NCBI GenBank assembly: GCA_965202805.1
Contig: OZ241869.1
Location: 2,368,001-2,432,000 of the forward strand
DNA length: 64,000 nucleotides
Source: Longimicrobiales bacterium
GTDB lineage: Bacteria; Gemmatimonadota; Gemmatimonadetes; Longimicrobiales; Gaopeijiaceae
Reading direction: 5' to 3'
Made by a program: the position numbers and the translations under genes. Within the stretch, counting starts at the first letter, position 1. Each line of letters starts with the position of its first letter. Positions 17,564-28,143 of this stretch are shown here, piece after piece. The notes under the pieces were generated by a model. The model was not told the origin of the DNA, did no database searches, and worked only from the letters and a program-made list of their open reading frames with translations.

Positions 17564-20500
17564 TTACGATACTGGCCCCACTCCGTTGCCCTCCACCTCA
17601 ATCTCCTCCAACCCCACCCCCCGCAACACCTCGTTCACCTCCTCCAACTCACCATCCCACACCGACTGCAGCCGCTCCAGGTGGCCCTCCAGCCGCTCCA
17701 CCATGATCTCGAACACGGCGTACATGCCGCTCCCCGGCCGCCCATCCCCGCGCTCCGACATCGACAGCAGGTTCGCCAACCGGTTGTTCACCTTGATCGG
17801 AAAGTTGAGGGGGTCCTGGTTCGACCGGTTGCGCACCTGGTAGATGTCCGCTTCCACCGCCGACGCCGCCTCCCGCAGCCGCTCGCCCGCCTCGGCCAGG
17901 CGCTCGTCGTCCGACGCCTCCAGCCGGTCGTCCAGCTGGGCCTTCACGTTGCGGATGGCGATCACGGCCGAGTTGGCCGCGTGCACCCGGTCGCGGATCT
18001 GTACGCCGAACTCGAACTGGGCGACCAGGTCCTCTTCCGTCACGTCCGTGATCCACGGATGCCGCCGCACGTCCACCTCGGTCGTCTCCACGCGGCCGTC
18101 CACGATCAGGCGCGCCGTGTAGGTTCCCGGCGGGACCGCGGGCGCCATGGTGGCGACGCCCCAGAGGACCATCCCGGGGAAGGACGCCGCGGGATCGGTG
18201 CGGAGATCCCAGCGCAGTCGGTTCAGCCCCGCCGTCATCGGCAGCGCCGGACCCGCCCACCGGTCGCGCTCCTCGCCCTCCACGGCGGCCTCGAAGGTCC
18301 GCACCACATCGCCCGATGCGTCCACGATCTCAAGCATCGCCTCCTCTGGCTCATCCCCAAGCCACCAAGACAACATGACCCCGTTGGCCGAGCGGTACGC
18401 GGCGGCGGGATCGAACAGCACCAGGTCCTGGGCCGTCGTCTCCGGCGTCAGCTGCCGCAGCGGCGCGACGTTGTCGAGGATCCAGAAGCCGCGCCCGTGG
18501 CTCGCCATCGCCAGCTCGTCGTGCTCCGGGATCACGTCGGTGATCGGCATGTCGGGCAGGTCCGGGTTCAGCTCCTGCCATGAGCTGCCGTCGTCGTAGG
18601 AGATGTAGACGCCGTGGTTGGTGCCGGCGTAGAGCAGGCCGGCCCGGTTCGGGTCCTCGCGGATCGAGTTCACGTAGGCGTCGTCGCGGATGCCGTCGAC
18701 GATTCTCGTCCAGGACGCCCCGAAATCATCGGTTTTCCAGATATGGGGCCGGAAATCATCAAGAAGCGCCCGACGCGCCGAGACGTAAGCCCGCCCCGCG
18801 TCGAACGCCGAGGCGTCGATCAGGCTCACGCGCCCGAAATCCGGCATGTCCGGAGGCGTCACGTCGGTCCAGTTCCCGCCCCCGTCACGCGTCACATAGA
18901 CGAGCCCGTCGTCCGAGCCCGTCCAGATCACGTCGATGTCCACCTTGCCGGGCCCGACCGCGAAGATCGTCGCGTACACCTCCGGCCCGTTCATGTCGCC
19001 GGTGATCGGCCCTCCGGAACGGCCCAGCGTCATGGGGTCGGCGCGGGTGAGGTCGGGGCTCAGCGCCTCCCAGTTGGTGCCGCCGTCGGTGGTGCGCCAG
19101 AGCCGGTTCGAGGAGGCGTACAGCACGTTGGGGTCGATGGGCGAGAAGATGATGGGAAAGGTCCATTGCCAGCGCTCGACCATGTCTATGGCTGGCTCCC
19201 CGGAGTAGAACCAGGGGTAGGGGTTGACCTCGCGCGACGTCCCCAGGCGCCGGTTGAACCGGTCGATGTAGCGGCCGTTGTTGGTGCCCGAGAAGAAGAC
19301 GTCGAGGTCCCTGGGGTCGGGCGCGATGTAGCCCGGCTCCCCGCCGCCGGCCCGGTAGAACACGTCCATCGAGCCCGCGGTGATGTCGGGCACCCGTGCG
19401 CCGGAGTCGCCCGCCGTGTCGGCCAGCGCCGATGCGAAGCGCCCCGCGTTCCAGTCCGAGGGCAGGCAGAGCGTGCTGTTGTCCTGCTGCGAGCCGCAGA
19501 TGTGGAACGGGATGTGCGCCGTGGTGACGCCGTGGTAGAACTGGGCCGTCGAGAACTCCTGGTCCGTCCACTCGCTGCCGGTCGTGAAGCTGACCGCCCC
19601 GCCTCCGTCGTTGGCGACCACCACGTGCGCGGGGTCGTCGGGGTCGATCCAGAAGTCGTGGAAGTCGACGTGGGTCCCGTTGTTGATGACCTCGTAGGTG
19701 GCGCCGCCGTCGGTCGAGCGGAAGAACGAGGTGTTCTGCACGTAGACCACGTCCTCGTCGTGGTGGTCGGCGAAGACGTGCGTGTAGTAGAAGGCGCGCT
19801 GGCGGATGCGTCGCTCGTCGTTGATGAGCTCCCAGCTCTCGCCCCCGTCATCGCTCTGGAAGAGCCCCCCGTCGTCGTGCTCGAAGAGGGCGTAGACGCG
19901 GTCCGAATTCGCGCTTGAGACCGCGAGCCCGATCTTGCCTACGACGCCCTCGCGCGGCATCCCCGGATTGCGCGTGATCTCGGTCCACGTCATCCCGCCG
20001 TCGACGCTCTTGAACATGCCGCTGCCCGGCCCGCCGGAGGACATCGTGTACTCCTTGCGGAAGGCCTCCCAGAGCGCCGCGTAGAGCACGTCCGGGTTGT
20101 TGCGGTCGAGCGCGATATCGATGGCGCCGGTGCGCTCGTCGCGGAAGAGGATCCTCTCCCAGCTGTCGCCCCCGTCGGTGCTCCTGAAGACGCCGCGCTC
20201 CTCGCTCGGCACCCCGTACTTCCCGAAGGACGCCACATAGATGATGTCCGGATCGGTCGGGTGGATGCGGATCTTGGAGATGCCGTCCGACTCGGAGAAC
20301 CCGACGTGCTCCCAGGTCGCGCCCGCGTCGCGGCTCCGGTAGACGCCGTCCCCGGGCAGGATGTTGCCGCGAATGCAGGTCTCGCCCGTGCCGATGAAGA
20401 CGAGGTCCGGGTCGGTCTCGGCAACCGCCACCGCGCCCACCGACGCCGAGTTGATCTGGAAGTCGGTGACCGGAAACCAGTTGTCGCCCCCGTCGACCGT

Positions 20501-20752
20501 CTTCCAGAGTCCTCCGCCGGTGGCGCCGAAATAGGCCTCCTGCGGCCGCCCCTTGACCCCGCTCACCGCGATGGAGCGCCCGCCCCGGTCCGGGCCGAGG
20601 TTGCGCCAGGAGTAGCCGGCGAGGAAGGCGGAGTCGAGGGTGACCTGCTGGGCGGCAAGGGATGCGCCGGGGAGCAGAGGGGGCCACGCGGCATGGGCCG
20701 CCGCGAGGAGTGTGATCGCGAGCAAGGCTGGCTTGAAGGGAGAGCGTTTCAC
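17564..20752 (-). CDS. Secreted VPS10/BNR-repeat glycosyl-hydrolase-like protein
   Basis: Signal peptide; WRNLGPDRGGRS; many Asp-box repeats S/T-x-D-G-G-x-T/S-W; start taken as GTG 20752. Confidence 0.9.
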   Translation of the reverse strand: MKRSPFKPALLAITLLAAAHAAWPPLLPGASLAAQQVTLDSAFLAGYSWRNLGPDRGGRSIAVSGVKGRPQEAYFGATGGGLWKTVDGGDNWFPVTDFQINSASVGAVAVAETDPDLVFIGTGETCIRGNILPGDGVYRSRDAGATWEHVGFSESDGISKIRIHPTDPDIIYVASFGKYGVPSEERGVFRSTDGGDSWERILFRDERTGAIDIALDRNNPDVLYAALWEAFRKEYTMSSGGPGSGMFKSVDGGMTWTEITRNPGMPREGVVGKIGLAVSSANSDRVYALFEHDDGGLFQSDDGGESWELINDERRIRQRAFYYTHVFADHHDEDVVYVQNTSFFRSTDGGATYEVINNGTHVDFHDFWIDPDDPAHVVVANDGGGAVSFTTGSEWTDQEFSTAQFYHGVTTAHIPFHICGSQQDNSTLCLPSDWNAGRFASALADTAGDSGARVPDITAGSMDVFYRAGGGEPGYIAPDPRDLDVFFSGTNNGRYIDRFNRRLGTSREVNPYPWFYSGEPAIDMVERWQWTFPIIFSPIDPNVLYASSNRLWRTTDGGTNWEALSPDLTRADPMTLGRSGGPITGDMNGPEVYATIFAVGPGKVDIDVIWTGSDDGLVYVTRDGGGNWTDVTPPDMPDFGRVSLIDASAFDAGRAYVSARRALLDDFRPHIWKTDDFGASWTRIVDGIRDDAYVNSIREDPNRAGLLYAGTNHGVYISYDDGSSWQELNPDLPDMPITDVIPEHDELAMASHGRGFWILDNVAPLRQLTPETTAQDLVLFDPAAAYRSANGVMLSWWLGDEPEEAMLEIVDASGDVVRTFEAAVEGEERDRWAGPALPMTAGLNRLRWDLRTDPAASFPGMVLWGVATMAPAVPPGTYTARLIVDGRVETTEVDVRRHPWITDVTEEDLVAQFEFGVQIRDRVHAANSAVIAIRNVKAQLDDRLEASDDERLAEAGERLREAASAVEADIYQVRNRSNQDPLNFPIKVNNRLANLLSMSERGDGRPGSGMYAVFEIMVERLEGHLERLQSVWDGELEEVNEVLRGVGLEEIEVEGNGVGPVS

Positions 20753-20835
20753 TGAGGGCCATCCTGTGGGTTCGAGAGCCTGAATTGGCGGGATCAAGCT
20801 ACCGAAGCGAAGGAGGATGCAACAAGCGGGGAAGG

Positions 20836-20940
20836 GCGGACCGTGTCGACGCCGGTGAGGATCTGCAGACCCTCGCCGACGACTACCGCCTGAGCATCGG
20901 TCAGGTCGAAGACGCCGTGTTCTACGAACGGGCCGCTTGA
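20836..20940 (+). pseudogene. C-terminal remnant of a DUF433 antitoxin-like gene
   Basis: Translates ADRVDAGEDLQTLADDYRLSIGQVEDAVFYERAA*; no start codon or 5' part. Confidence 0.6.
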
Positions 20941-20993
20941 GCGTCGCCGCCCCAACCCTGACGTTACGTGAAGGTTTGTCGATCAGGGCAGTT

Positions 20994-23441
20994 CTATCCC
21001 ACCGACCCCAACTCTTCCAGCACCCGCTCCGGCCGCAGCGGCACCTTCCGCATGCGCACCCCCGTCGCATCGTAGATCGCGTTCGCTACCGCGGCGGGCA
21101 CCGGCCTGTGCGACGGCTCCCCCGCCCCGTAAGGCCGCAGGTCCGGGCGGTCGGGGTTCGGGTCGCCGTTCACCATCACGACGTCGATGCGCTCGGGCGT
21201 GTCCATGTGCGTGAGGGTCGGGTGGGTGCGCCAGTCGACGCTGGTGACCTTCTCGCCGTCGAAGCGGACCTCCTCGTAGAGCGTCCGGCTGATCCCGTGC
21301 AGGAGGTTGCCCTGGATGGTGCTCTCAAGGCTGTTCGGGTTGATCACCAGGCCGCAGTCGTGGGCGCACACCATGCGCCGGACCCACACCCGGCCGGTCT
21401 CGCGGTCGACCTCGACTTCCGCGATCACGGCGATCGTGGTGCGGGCGCGATACGCGTACGCGATGCCCCGCCCCGTCAGCACGCGCCCGCTTCCCACCGT
21501 CCCGGGTGACGGGCGCGCGTCCCACCCGTACGCCTCCGCCGCGGCCTCGACCACCGCGATCGAGCGCGCGCGGCGGAAGGCCTCGTCGTCGTCGGTCGCC
21601 CCGCGCAGAAGGCGCAACCGGAACTCGACCGGATCAGCGCCCGCGGCCGCGGCCAGCTCGTCGATGAACGACTCCCCGGCGAAGGTGGTCTGCGGGCCGT
21701 TGGGGTCGCGCAGGTTGCCGGTGCGGAGCGGCGTCTCGAAGGCAAGCGGGAAGCGCACCGCCCGCGTCTCCTGACGCCGGTTCGGGACGTAATACATCTC
21801 GTCGGGGCCGCGCGCGCCGCCCGGAGACGGCCGCTCCGGCCGGAAGCCCATCAACTGTGCGATCAGCACCGTCCGGGCCTGGTTGTACCCGACATGGGCA
21901 TAGTTGGCGATCCGGCCCTGATAGTCCAGCGCGACCACGTTGCCCTCCGCATCCAGCCCTCCCCGCAGGTCGATCGCGAATGCCGGGCCCTTTGTGTCCC
22001 ACGCCGTCTCCTCGTGCCGCATCCACTGCACCCGCACCGGGCGGCCCAGCTCCCTGGCCAGGTACGCGGCCTCGAAGCCCGCATCGTCCGCCGCCGTGCG
22101 CCCGTAAAGCTGCGGACCATCCATCCAGATCACCCGCACCTGCTCCGGGTCCATCCCCAGGAACTCGGCGATCCCGGTCCGGTGGCTGTACGGCTTCATG
22201 TCGTTGGTGTAGATCGTCATCTGGCCGTCCGAGGGGTCGGCCAGGGCGTGCGCGGGACCGATCGCGGTGTGCCCGTGGAAGGGGATGTCATACGCGGCCT
22301 CGACCACGGTCGCGGCGCTCGCCAGCGCCCCGTCGGGATCGCCTTGCGTCCGCGCCGCCCCGCGTCCGCCCGAGCCCGGCACCCGCTCCGCACTCCGCAT
22401 GTAGTCGAAGAGGTCGTCGGATGCCGGGAAGGGGGCCATCGCGGGCTTCTCCCACTCGACCGCGAGCCGTTCCGCGGCCTCGATCGCCTGCTCCTCGCGC
22501 TCGCACACCACGGCGACGTAGTTGCCCTCGCTCACGACCCGGATGAAGCCGGGCACATCGCGCACCGACGACTCGTCGATGCCCGCCAGCGTCGCCCCAG
22601 CGAAGGGCGGGCGCACATGCCGCGCGTGCACCATACCCGGGAGCCTTACGTCGACGGCCCACTCGAGCGACGCATCCACCTTCCCCGGGATGTCGTAGCG
22701 CGGGATCGACTGGCCCACCAGCTTCAGGTCCTGCACCGGCTTGATGCTCGCGACCCCGGTGGTCGCGTTGACGTTGCCTCCGGTCAGCGCGACATCGAAG
22801 CGCCGTCCGCCGATCAGCTGGCCGTAGCCGACGGTGCGCGCGGGATCGTCGCGCAGAGAGATCACGCCCTCACTCACGCTGAGCTCCTCCACGGGCACGC
22901 CGAAGCGCTCCGACGCCATCTCCAGCAGCACGCGCCTGGCCTCCGCCGCGATCCGGCGCCCGACCATCGCATCGCGCTCGATCGCATCCGAGCCCCCCGA
23001 GCCACCCTGGTCCACGGTCATGTCGGTCCGACCCATGACCACCGTGGCCTTGTCGAAGGCCAGGTCGAGCTCGTCGCACATCATCTGCTGGGTGGCGGTC
23101 CCGGTCCCCTGCCCGCCATCGGTCTTGCCCACGTAGAAGGTCGCGCTGCCGTCCTCGTGCACGACCAGCCACGAGTCGAGCTGGAGGGAGTCGGGATCGG
23201 GCCAGGAAGCCGCTTCAGGGGATTCGGCCCCCGCCGGCTCGGGCCCAAAACCCCATCGACCCGCCCCGGCCGACCCCACGCCGCTCAACCCGAAGACGAA
23301 CAGCCCGGACGTCTTGAGAAAGTCCCGCCGGGACGTGGTCCCGCCCCAGCGCACGAGCGCGTCGTCTACCGCCTTGGCCACCTGCCGCCCGGCTCTCATC
23401 GGTCCACGTCCCGTGTGGGGATCTCGCCGCCCGGCGCTCAT
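20994..23441 (-). CDS. Molybdopterin oxidoreductase large subunit (xanthine dehydrogenase family, IorB-like), Tat-exported
   Basis: SRRDFLK Tat motif; GKTDGGQGT, AHDCGLVINP and GAGEP motifs; ATGA overlap with the upstream gene. Confidence 0.9.
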   Translation of the reverse strand: MSAGRRDPHTGRGPMRAGRQVAKAVDDALVRWGGTTSRRDFLKTSGLFVFGLSGVGSAGAGRWGFGPEPAGAESPEAASWPDPDSLQLDSWLVVHEDGSATFYVGKTDGGQGTGTATQQMMCDELDLAFDKATVVMGRTDMTVDQGGSGGSDAIERDAMVGRRIAAEARRVLLEMASERFGVPVEELSVSEGVISLRDDPARTVGYGQLIGGRRFDVALTGGNVNATTGVASIKPVQDLKLVGQSIPRYDIPGKVDASLEWAVDVRLPGMVHARHVRPPFAGATLAGIDESSVRDVPGFIRVVSEGNYVAVVCEREEQAIEAAERLAVEWEKPAMAPFPASDDLFDYMRSAERVPGSGGRGAARTQGDPDGALASAATVVEAAYDIPFHGHTAIGPAHALADPSDGQMTIYTNDMKPYSHRTGIAEFLGMDPEQVRVIWMDGPQLYGRTAADDAGFEAAYLARELGRPVRVQWMRHEETAWDTKGPAFAIDLRGGLDAEGNVVALDYQGRIANYAHVGYNQARTVLIAQLMGFRPERPSPGGARGPDEMYYVPNRRQETRAVRFPLAFETPLRTGNLRDPNGPQTTFAGESFIDELAAAAGADPVEFRLRLLRGATDDDEAFRRARSIAVVEAAAEAYGWDARPSPGTVGSGRVLTGRGIAYAYRARTTIAVIAEVEVDRETGRVWVRRMVCAHDCGLVINPNSLESTIQGNLLHGISRTLYEEVRFDGEKVTSVDWRTHPTLTHMDTPERIDVVMVNGDPNPDRPDLRPYGAGEPSHRPVPAAVANAIYDATGVRMRKVPLRPERVLEELGSVG

Positions 23442-23914
23442 CGGTCCTCCCCTTCGGCCATCGTTTCTGCCGCGCGCTTCACCGCCGACTGGATCCGGTA
23501 GTAGGTCATGCAGCGGCAGAGGACCCGGTTCATGCCCTCCCGGATCTCTTCGTCGCTCGGATTCGGGCTGTAGCTCAGCAGCGCCGCGGCCGTGAGGATC
23601 TGTCCGTTCTGGCAGTACCCGCACTGCGGCACCTGCTCGTCGATCCACGCCTGCTGCACCGGATGGAGTTCGCCGTTCTCGGGCAGCCCCTCCAGCGTCG
23701 TGATCTCTCCCGTCGAACGCGACACCGGCCGGTTGCACGAGCGAATCGCGCGCCCGTCCATGAGCACCGTGCACGTCCCGCATTGCGCCAGGCCGCAGCC
23801 GAAGCGTGGTCCCCGCAATCCGAGATCGTTGCGGAGCACATACAGCAGCGGCGTCGACGGATCGACATCGAGCGTATGCGTCTCCCCGTTTACCCTGAGC
23901 GTGATCTCGCTCAT
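23438..23914 (-). CDS. (2Fe-2S) small subunit (IorA-like)
   Basis: FGCGLAQCGTCTV...RSC; QCGYCQNG; LCRC. Confidence 0.93.
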   Translation of the reverse strand: MSEITLRVNGETHTLDVDPSTPLLYVLRNDLGLRGPRFGCGLAQCGTCTVLMDGRAIRSCNRPVSRSTGEITTLEGLPENGELHPVQQAWIDEQVPQCGYCQNGQILTAAALLSYSPNPSDEEIREGMNRVLCRCMTYYRIQSAVKRAAETMAEGEDR

Positions 23915-24186
23915 CGATGCATCCCCCTTCGAACGGAACGCCTCATTGCAGCCGCGCAGCGCGCGCACAGAGTGGAAACTGCCGTGCTTTATGCATCTCC
24001 GCCACCTGCCAATCCGCGACACGCCGACTCATCCCATTCCGCCATTCCTCCGCCCGCCGGAATCCAGAGATTTGAGATGGCGCAGGGCGCCGATCGAACT
24101 CGGCACTCGGCCCATCCATCTCCGGGACCGAGAGGAGGCTGGCGCCGAGAGGCTCACGAAGTTGCTGCGGAGGATGGTGCCAGTAC

Positions 24187-24741
24187 ATGTTTGATGCCAT
24201 GGACACGACTGGGCTGGATACGCTCAAGGCGACGAGAACGCTCGAAGCGGCAGGCTTCGAAACGTCCCAGGCCGAGGCCCTTGTGTCCGTGTTTGGCGGA
24301 CCGGTCGCAGGCAATGCCGCAACGAAAGGCGATGTGCGGGAGCTCCGGTCTGAGGTGAAGACGGAGATCAGGGATCTCCGAACGGAACTGAAGACAGAGA
24401 TCTCCCAACTGCGCGATGAGACGAAGGCGGAGATCGCTGACTGCCGAACTGAGTTGAAGGCGGAGATCGCGGATTGCCGAACCGAGTTGAAGGCGGAGAT
24501 CGCGGATTGCCGGGCCGAGATCGCTGGGCTGCGCGATGAAGTCAACGCGAAGTTTGTCAAGCTGCACGATGAACTGAAAGTGGAGTCGGCTGAGCGAAGG
24601 GCAGATATCACAAAGCTCAGTCGGGAAATCGCCGATGTGCGCGAGGACATAAAGAACCTGAAAGCGCAGATGTACCGCTTGCTGCTGGTGCAGGCAACCG
24701 TGATCGTAGCGCTCATCGTAGGATTGCAGCGGCTGCTCTAG
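24187..24741 (+). CDS. DUF1640/CCDC90-like coiled-coil protein with C-terminal TM anchor
   Basis: DTLKA.R.LEAAGF...QAEALV...ATKGD head; 11-aa repeats LKAEIADCRTE; hydrophobic C-terminus. Confidence 0.85.
   Translation: MFDAMDTTGLDTLKATRTLEAAGFETSQAEALVSVFGGPVAGNAATKGDVRELRSEVKTEIRDLRTELKTEISQLRDETKAEIADCRTELKAEIADCRTELKAEIADCRAEIAGLRDEVNAKFVKLHDELKVESAERRADITKLSREIADVREDIKNLKAQMYRLLLVQATVIVALIVGLQRLL
24420..24525 (+). repeat. 33-bp intragenic tandem repeat (about 3 copies)
   Basis: GAAGGCGGAGATCGC(T/G)GA(C/T)TGCCGAAC repeated with period 33. Confidence 0.85.
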
Positions 24742-24863
24742 TCGCGCTTGAGTGGAGCGTGGAGGTACACCCCCTCGGGGAAGTGATGTCGGGGATCGCA
24801 CCGCTGGAGTAGGGCAGCAGACTGGTCCAAAGAGAAGAGATGGACCGCCGATCTGGAGGCAGC

Positions 24864-27800
24864 ATGGACGTCAGCAACCCCTCGCCGGTCATTCGAGTCC
24901 CGCTCCTCGCGCTCCCGCTACTATGGGCGATCTCGTTCGTTGCGGCACCGCCCGCCCTCACCGCCCAGGACCACATCTCGCTCCTTCCCCCCATGGAGTG
25001 GCGCTCGATCGGACCGGACCGGGGCGGGCGCTCGATCGCGGTGGCGGGCCATGCCGACCGCCCGTTCGAGTACTACTTCGGCGCGACGGGCGGAGGGCTC
25101 TTCAAGACCACCGACGGCGGGTCCACCTGGGCCCCGGTGACCGATGGTCAGGTCGGCAGCGCCTCCGTCGGCGCGGTCGCGATGGCGCCCTCGGACCCCG
25201 ACATCGTCTACATCGGCATGGGCGAGGTGCAGCTGCGCGCCAACGTCCTCCAGGGGGACGGCGTATACCGTTCGGACGACGGCGGGAAGAGCTGGCGGCA
25301 CCTCGGCCTCGCAGAGACCCACGCGATCGGGCGCATCCGCATCCATCCGACCGACCCCGACCGCGCCTACGTGGCGGCGCTCGGCCATCCCTTCGGGCCC
25401 AACCCCGAGCGCGGCGTCTTCCGGACCAGCGACGGAGGCAGGACCTGGGAGAAGGTTCTCTTCCGCGACGAACGCACCGGAGCCGTCGACCTGGTCATGG
25501 ACCCGAGCGATCCGAACATCCTCTACGCGACGCTCTGGCAGGTGTACCGGAAGCCGTGGCGCCTGTGGAGCGGCGGGGAGGGGTCGGGGATCTTCAAGTC
25601 GACCGACGGCGGCGACACCTGGAGCGAGATCACGCGCAACCCGGGCCTCCCGGACGGCGTCCTAGGCAAGATCACGATCACCGTGTCCGGCGCGGATCCG
25701 GACCGCGTGTGGGCGAACCTCGAGGCCGAGCAGGGCGGGCTCTACCGGTCCGACGACGGGGGCCGGTCGTGGGCGTTCATCAACGGCCATCGCGACATCT
25801 GGCAGCGGGCCTTCTACTTCCAGCGCCTGGAGGCGGACCCGGTCGACCGCAACACGCTCTACATCCTCAACTTCCGGCTCATGCGCTCGACGGATGGCGG
25901 GAAGACGCTCGAAAGCGTGCCCGAAACCCACGCCGACCATCACGACCTCTGGATCGACCCCACAAACCCCCTGCGCATGATCAACGGCAACGACGGGGGC
26001 GGCGTGGTCACGGTGAACGGAGGCCGGACCTGGACCTCGATGCGGTATCCGACGGCGCAGATCTATCGCCTGACGACGACTTCGGACTTCCCCTACCATG
26101 TGTGCGGCGCGCAGCAGGACAACTCGACCGCGTGCGTGTCGTCGGAGCCCGGCCATCTCCGCAACCCGCGCGGCCCGAGCACGGAGTGGATGTACGCGGT
26201 GGGCGGAGGCGAGATGGGCTACATCGCGCAGCATCCCACCGACCCCGACATCTTCTACGCCGGCGCGACCAACACCCTCACGCGCTACAACCGGGCGACC
26301 GGCATGGTCACCGACATCCAGCCCTGGCCGCGCATCGTCATGGGCGAGCCCGCGCGCGACATGCCCGAGCGATGGAACTGGACCTACCCCATCACCATGG
26401 CGCCGACGGCCCCGCATGCGCTGTACGTCGGTTCGCAGCACCTCTGGAGGTCCTTCGATGACGGGAAGTCGTGGGAGAAGATCAGCCCCGATCTGACGCG
26501 AGCCGAGCCGGAAACGCTCGATGACTCCGGCGGCCCGATCGTGAAGGACCAGGATGGACCCGAGATCTACGGCACGCTCTACGCGATCACGCCTTCGCCG
26601 CATGAAGCGGAGACGATCTGGACTGGCTCGGACGATGGGCTCGTACACGTCACGCGCGACGGCGGCGGGAACTGGCGCGACGTGACCCCTCCGGACATGC
26701 CCCCGCACACGCGCGTCATGACGGTGGAAGTGTCGCAGCACGACGCCGGGAGCGCGTTCGTAGCCGGGATCCGGTATGAGATGGACGACCGGGCGCCGTA
26801 CGCGTGGAAGACCGACGACTACGGCGCGACCTGGACCCGGATCAGCGAGGGCATCCCCGATGGTGCCTTCGTGCGGGTCGTTCGGGAGGATCCGAAGCGT
26901 GCCGGGCTCCTGTACGCGGGCACCGAGCACGGTGTCTTCGTTTCCTTCGATGACGGCGCGCACTGGAGCGACCTCTCGTTCCGCCTGCCGGACACACCCG
27001 TCACCGGGCTCGCCGTCCAGGAGCGCGACCTGGTGATCAGCACCCACGGCCGCTCCTTCTGGGTCCTCGACGACATCGAGACGCTGCGACAGCTGGACAC
27101 GGACGTCGCAGGCACGGAGGTCCACCTCTTCCAGCCCGCCGACGCAATCCGGCGATCGGTCCCGGCGGTCATCGACTTCCGGGTGGGCGCGTCCCGGACC
27201 GCGCGCCTCGACATCCTGACGGAAGACGGCGCGCACGTGAACACGCTCATCGACACGCGCGTGGATGCGGGCACCCACCGGACCCGCTGGAACCTCCGCT
27301 ATCCGGGCGCGGTGACCTTCGAGGGCATCGTCCTGGAGGGGGGCAACCCCGCAGTGGGGCCCTGGGCGCCGCCGGGGCGCTACCGGGCGCGGCTCACTGT
27401 CGATGGCGCGACCCGGGAGGCGGCCTTCGACGTGCTCCCGGATCCGAGACTCGGTGACATCCCCACCGCCGCCTTCACCGGCCAGTTCCGCCTGGCGATG
27501 GCGATCCGCGACGCCGAGAGCCGGGCGAACACGAGCGTGCTGCTGGCGCGCGACCTTCGTGCCCAGATCGACGCGATCGTCGCCGAGAGCGACGACGCCG
27601 GCCTGAGCGACGACGCCTCCGGCTTCGCGGCGGGGATCGAGGCGGTCGCGGGAGAACTCTACCAGCTCAGGAACCAGAGCCCGAAGGACAAGATCGCCTT
27701 CCCCATCAAGCTGAACGATCGTCTGACCGGCCTGCGCAGCCACCTGGAGCGGGGCGACGGCACGCCCATCGATGCGTACCAGGCCGTCTTCGACGAGCTG

Positions 27801-27935
27801 TCGGCGGAGCTGGAGGCGCAGCTGCGCATCCTCGAGCGGATGCTCGGCGACGATTTGCCCCGCCTGAATCGGCGGCTCGCGGAGGCGGGGCTCCCTCAGG
27901 TGGTCGTCAGGGAGGCGCTGATCGCGGACGGGTGA
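24864..27935 (+). CDS. Secreted VPS10/BNR-repeat glycosyl-hydrolase-like protein (paralogue of 17564-20752)
   Basis: Signal peptide; WRSIGPDRGGRS; Asp-box repeats; same domain order as the paralogue. Confidence 0.9.
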   Translation: MDVSNPSPVIRVPLLALPLLWAISFVAAPPALTAQDHISLLPPMEWRSIGPDRGGRSIAVAGHADRPFEYYFGATGGGLFKTTDGGSTWAPVTDGQVGSASVGAVAMAPSDPDIVYIGMGEVQLRANVLQGDGVYRSDDGGKSWRHLGLAETHAIGRIRIHPTDPDRAYVAALGHPFGPNPERGVFRTSDGGRTWEKVLFRDERTGAVDLVMDPSDPNILYATLWQVYRKPWRLWSGGEGSGIFKSTDGGDTWSEITRNPGLPDGVLGKITITVSGADPDRVWANLEAEQGGLYRSDDGGRSWAFINGHRDIWQRAFYFQRLEADPVDRNTLYILNFRLMRSTDGGKTLESVPETHADHHDLWIDPTNPLRMINGNDGGGVVTVNGGRTWTSMRYPTAQIYRLTTTSDFPYHVCGAQQDNSTACVSSEPGHLRNPRGPSTEWMYAVGGGEMGYIAQHPTDPDIFYAGATNTLTRYNRATGMVTDIQPWPRIVMGEPARDMPERWNWTYPITMAPTAPHALYVGSQHLWRSFDDGKSWEKISPDLTRAEPETLDDSGGPIVKDQDGPEIYGTLYAITPSPHEAETIWTGSDDGLVHVTRDGGGNWRDVTPPDMPPHTRVMTVEVSQHDAGSAFVAGIRYEMDDRAPYAWKTDDYGATWTRISEGIPDGAFVRVVREDPKRAGLLYAGTEHGVFVSFDDGAHWSDLSFRLPDTPVTGLAVQERDLVISTHGRSFWVLDDIETLRQLDTDVAGTEVHLFQPADAIRRSVPAVIDFRVGASRTARLDILTEDGAHVNTLIDTRVDAGTHRTRWNLRYPGAVTFEGIVLEGGNPAVGPWAPPGRYRARLTVDGATREAAFDVLPDPRLGDIPTAAFTGQFRLAMAIRDAESRANTSVLLARDLRAQIDAIVAESDDAGLSDDASGFAAGIEAVAGELYQLRNQSPKDKIAFPIKLNDRLTGLRSHLERGDGTPIDAYQAVFDELSAELEAQLRILERMLGDDLPRLNRRLAEAGLPQVVVREALIADG

Positions 27936-28143
27936 GCGACCCGGGCTCGCATGGGTTCAGCCAGGCAACGCCCAATCGCCGGTCCGGTGGCGATGTTCCT
28001 GCCGCCGGAAAATCAACTCCTCCGTACGGGCTTCCGGCGCAAGCAGCAACCTCCGGCGTAGCGCCGGGACCCTCTCAGGTCCGCTGCCGTATTCCTAATG
28101 AGGAAACGCCTGTTCTCGCCCCGCACGTCTGGAACTGCTTGCA

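Noticed and set aside
28030..28082. Glycine riboswitch-like text (GCAGCAA...CTCTCAGG) upstream of the nitrilase
   Set aside because: The GGAGA and CCGAAG core elements were not found; an Infernal search would be needed.
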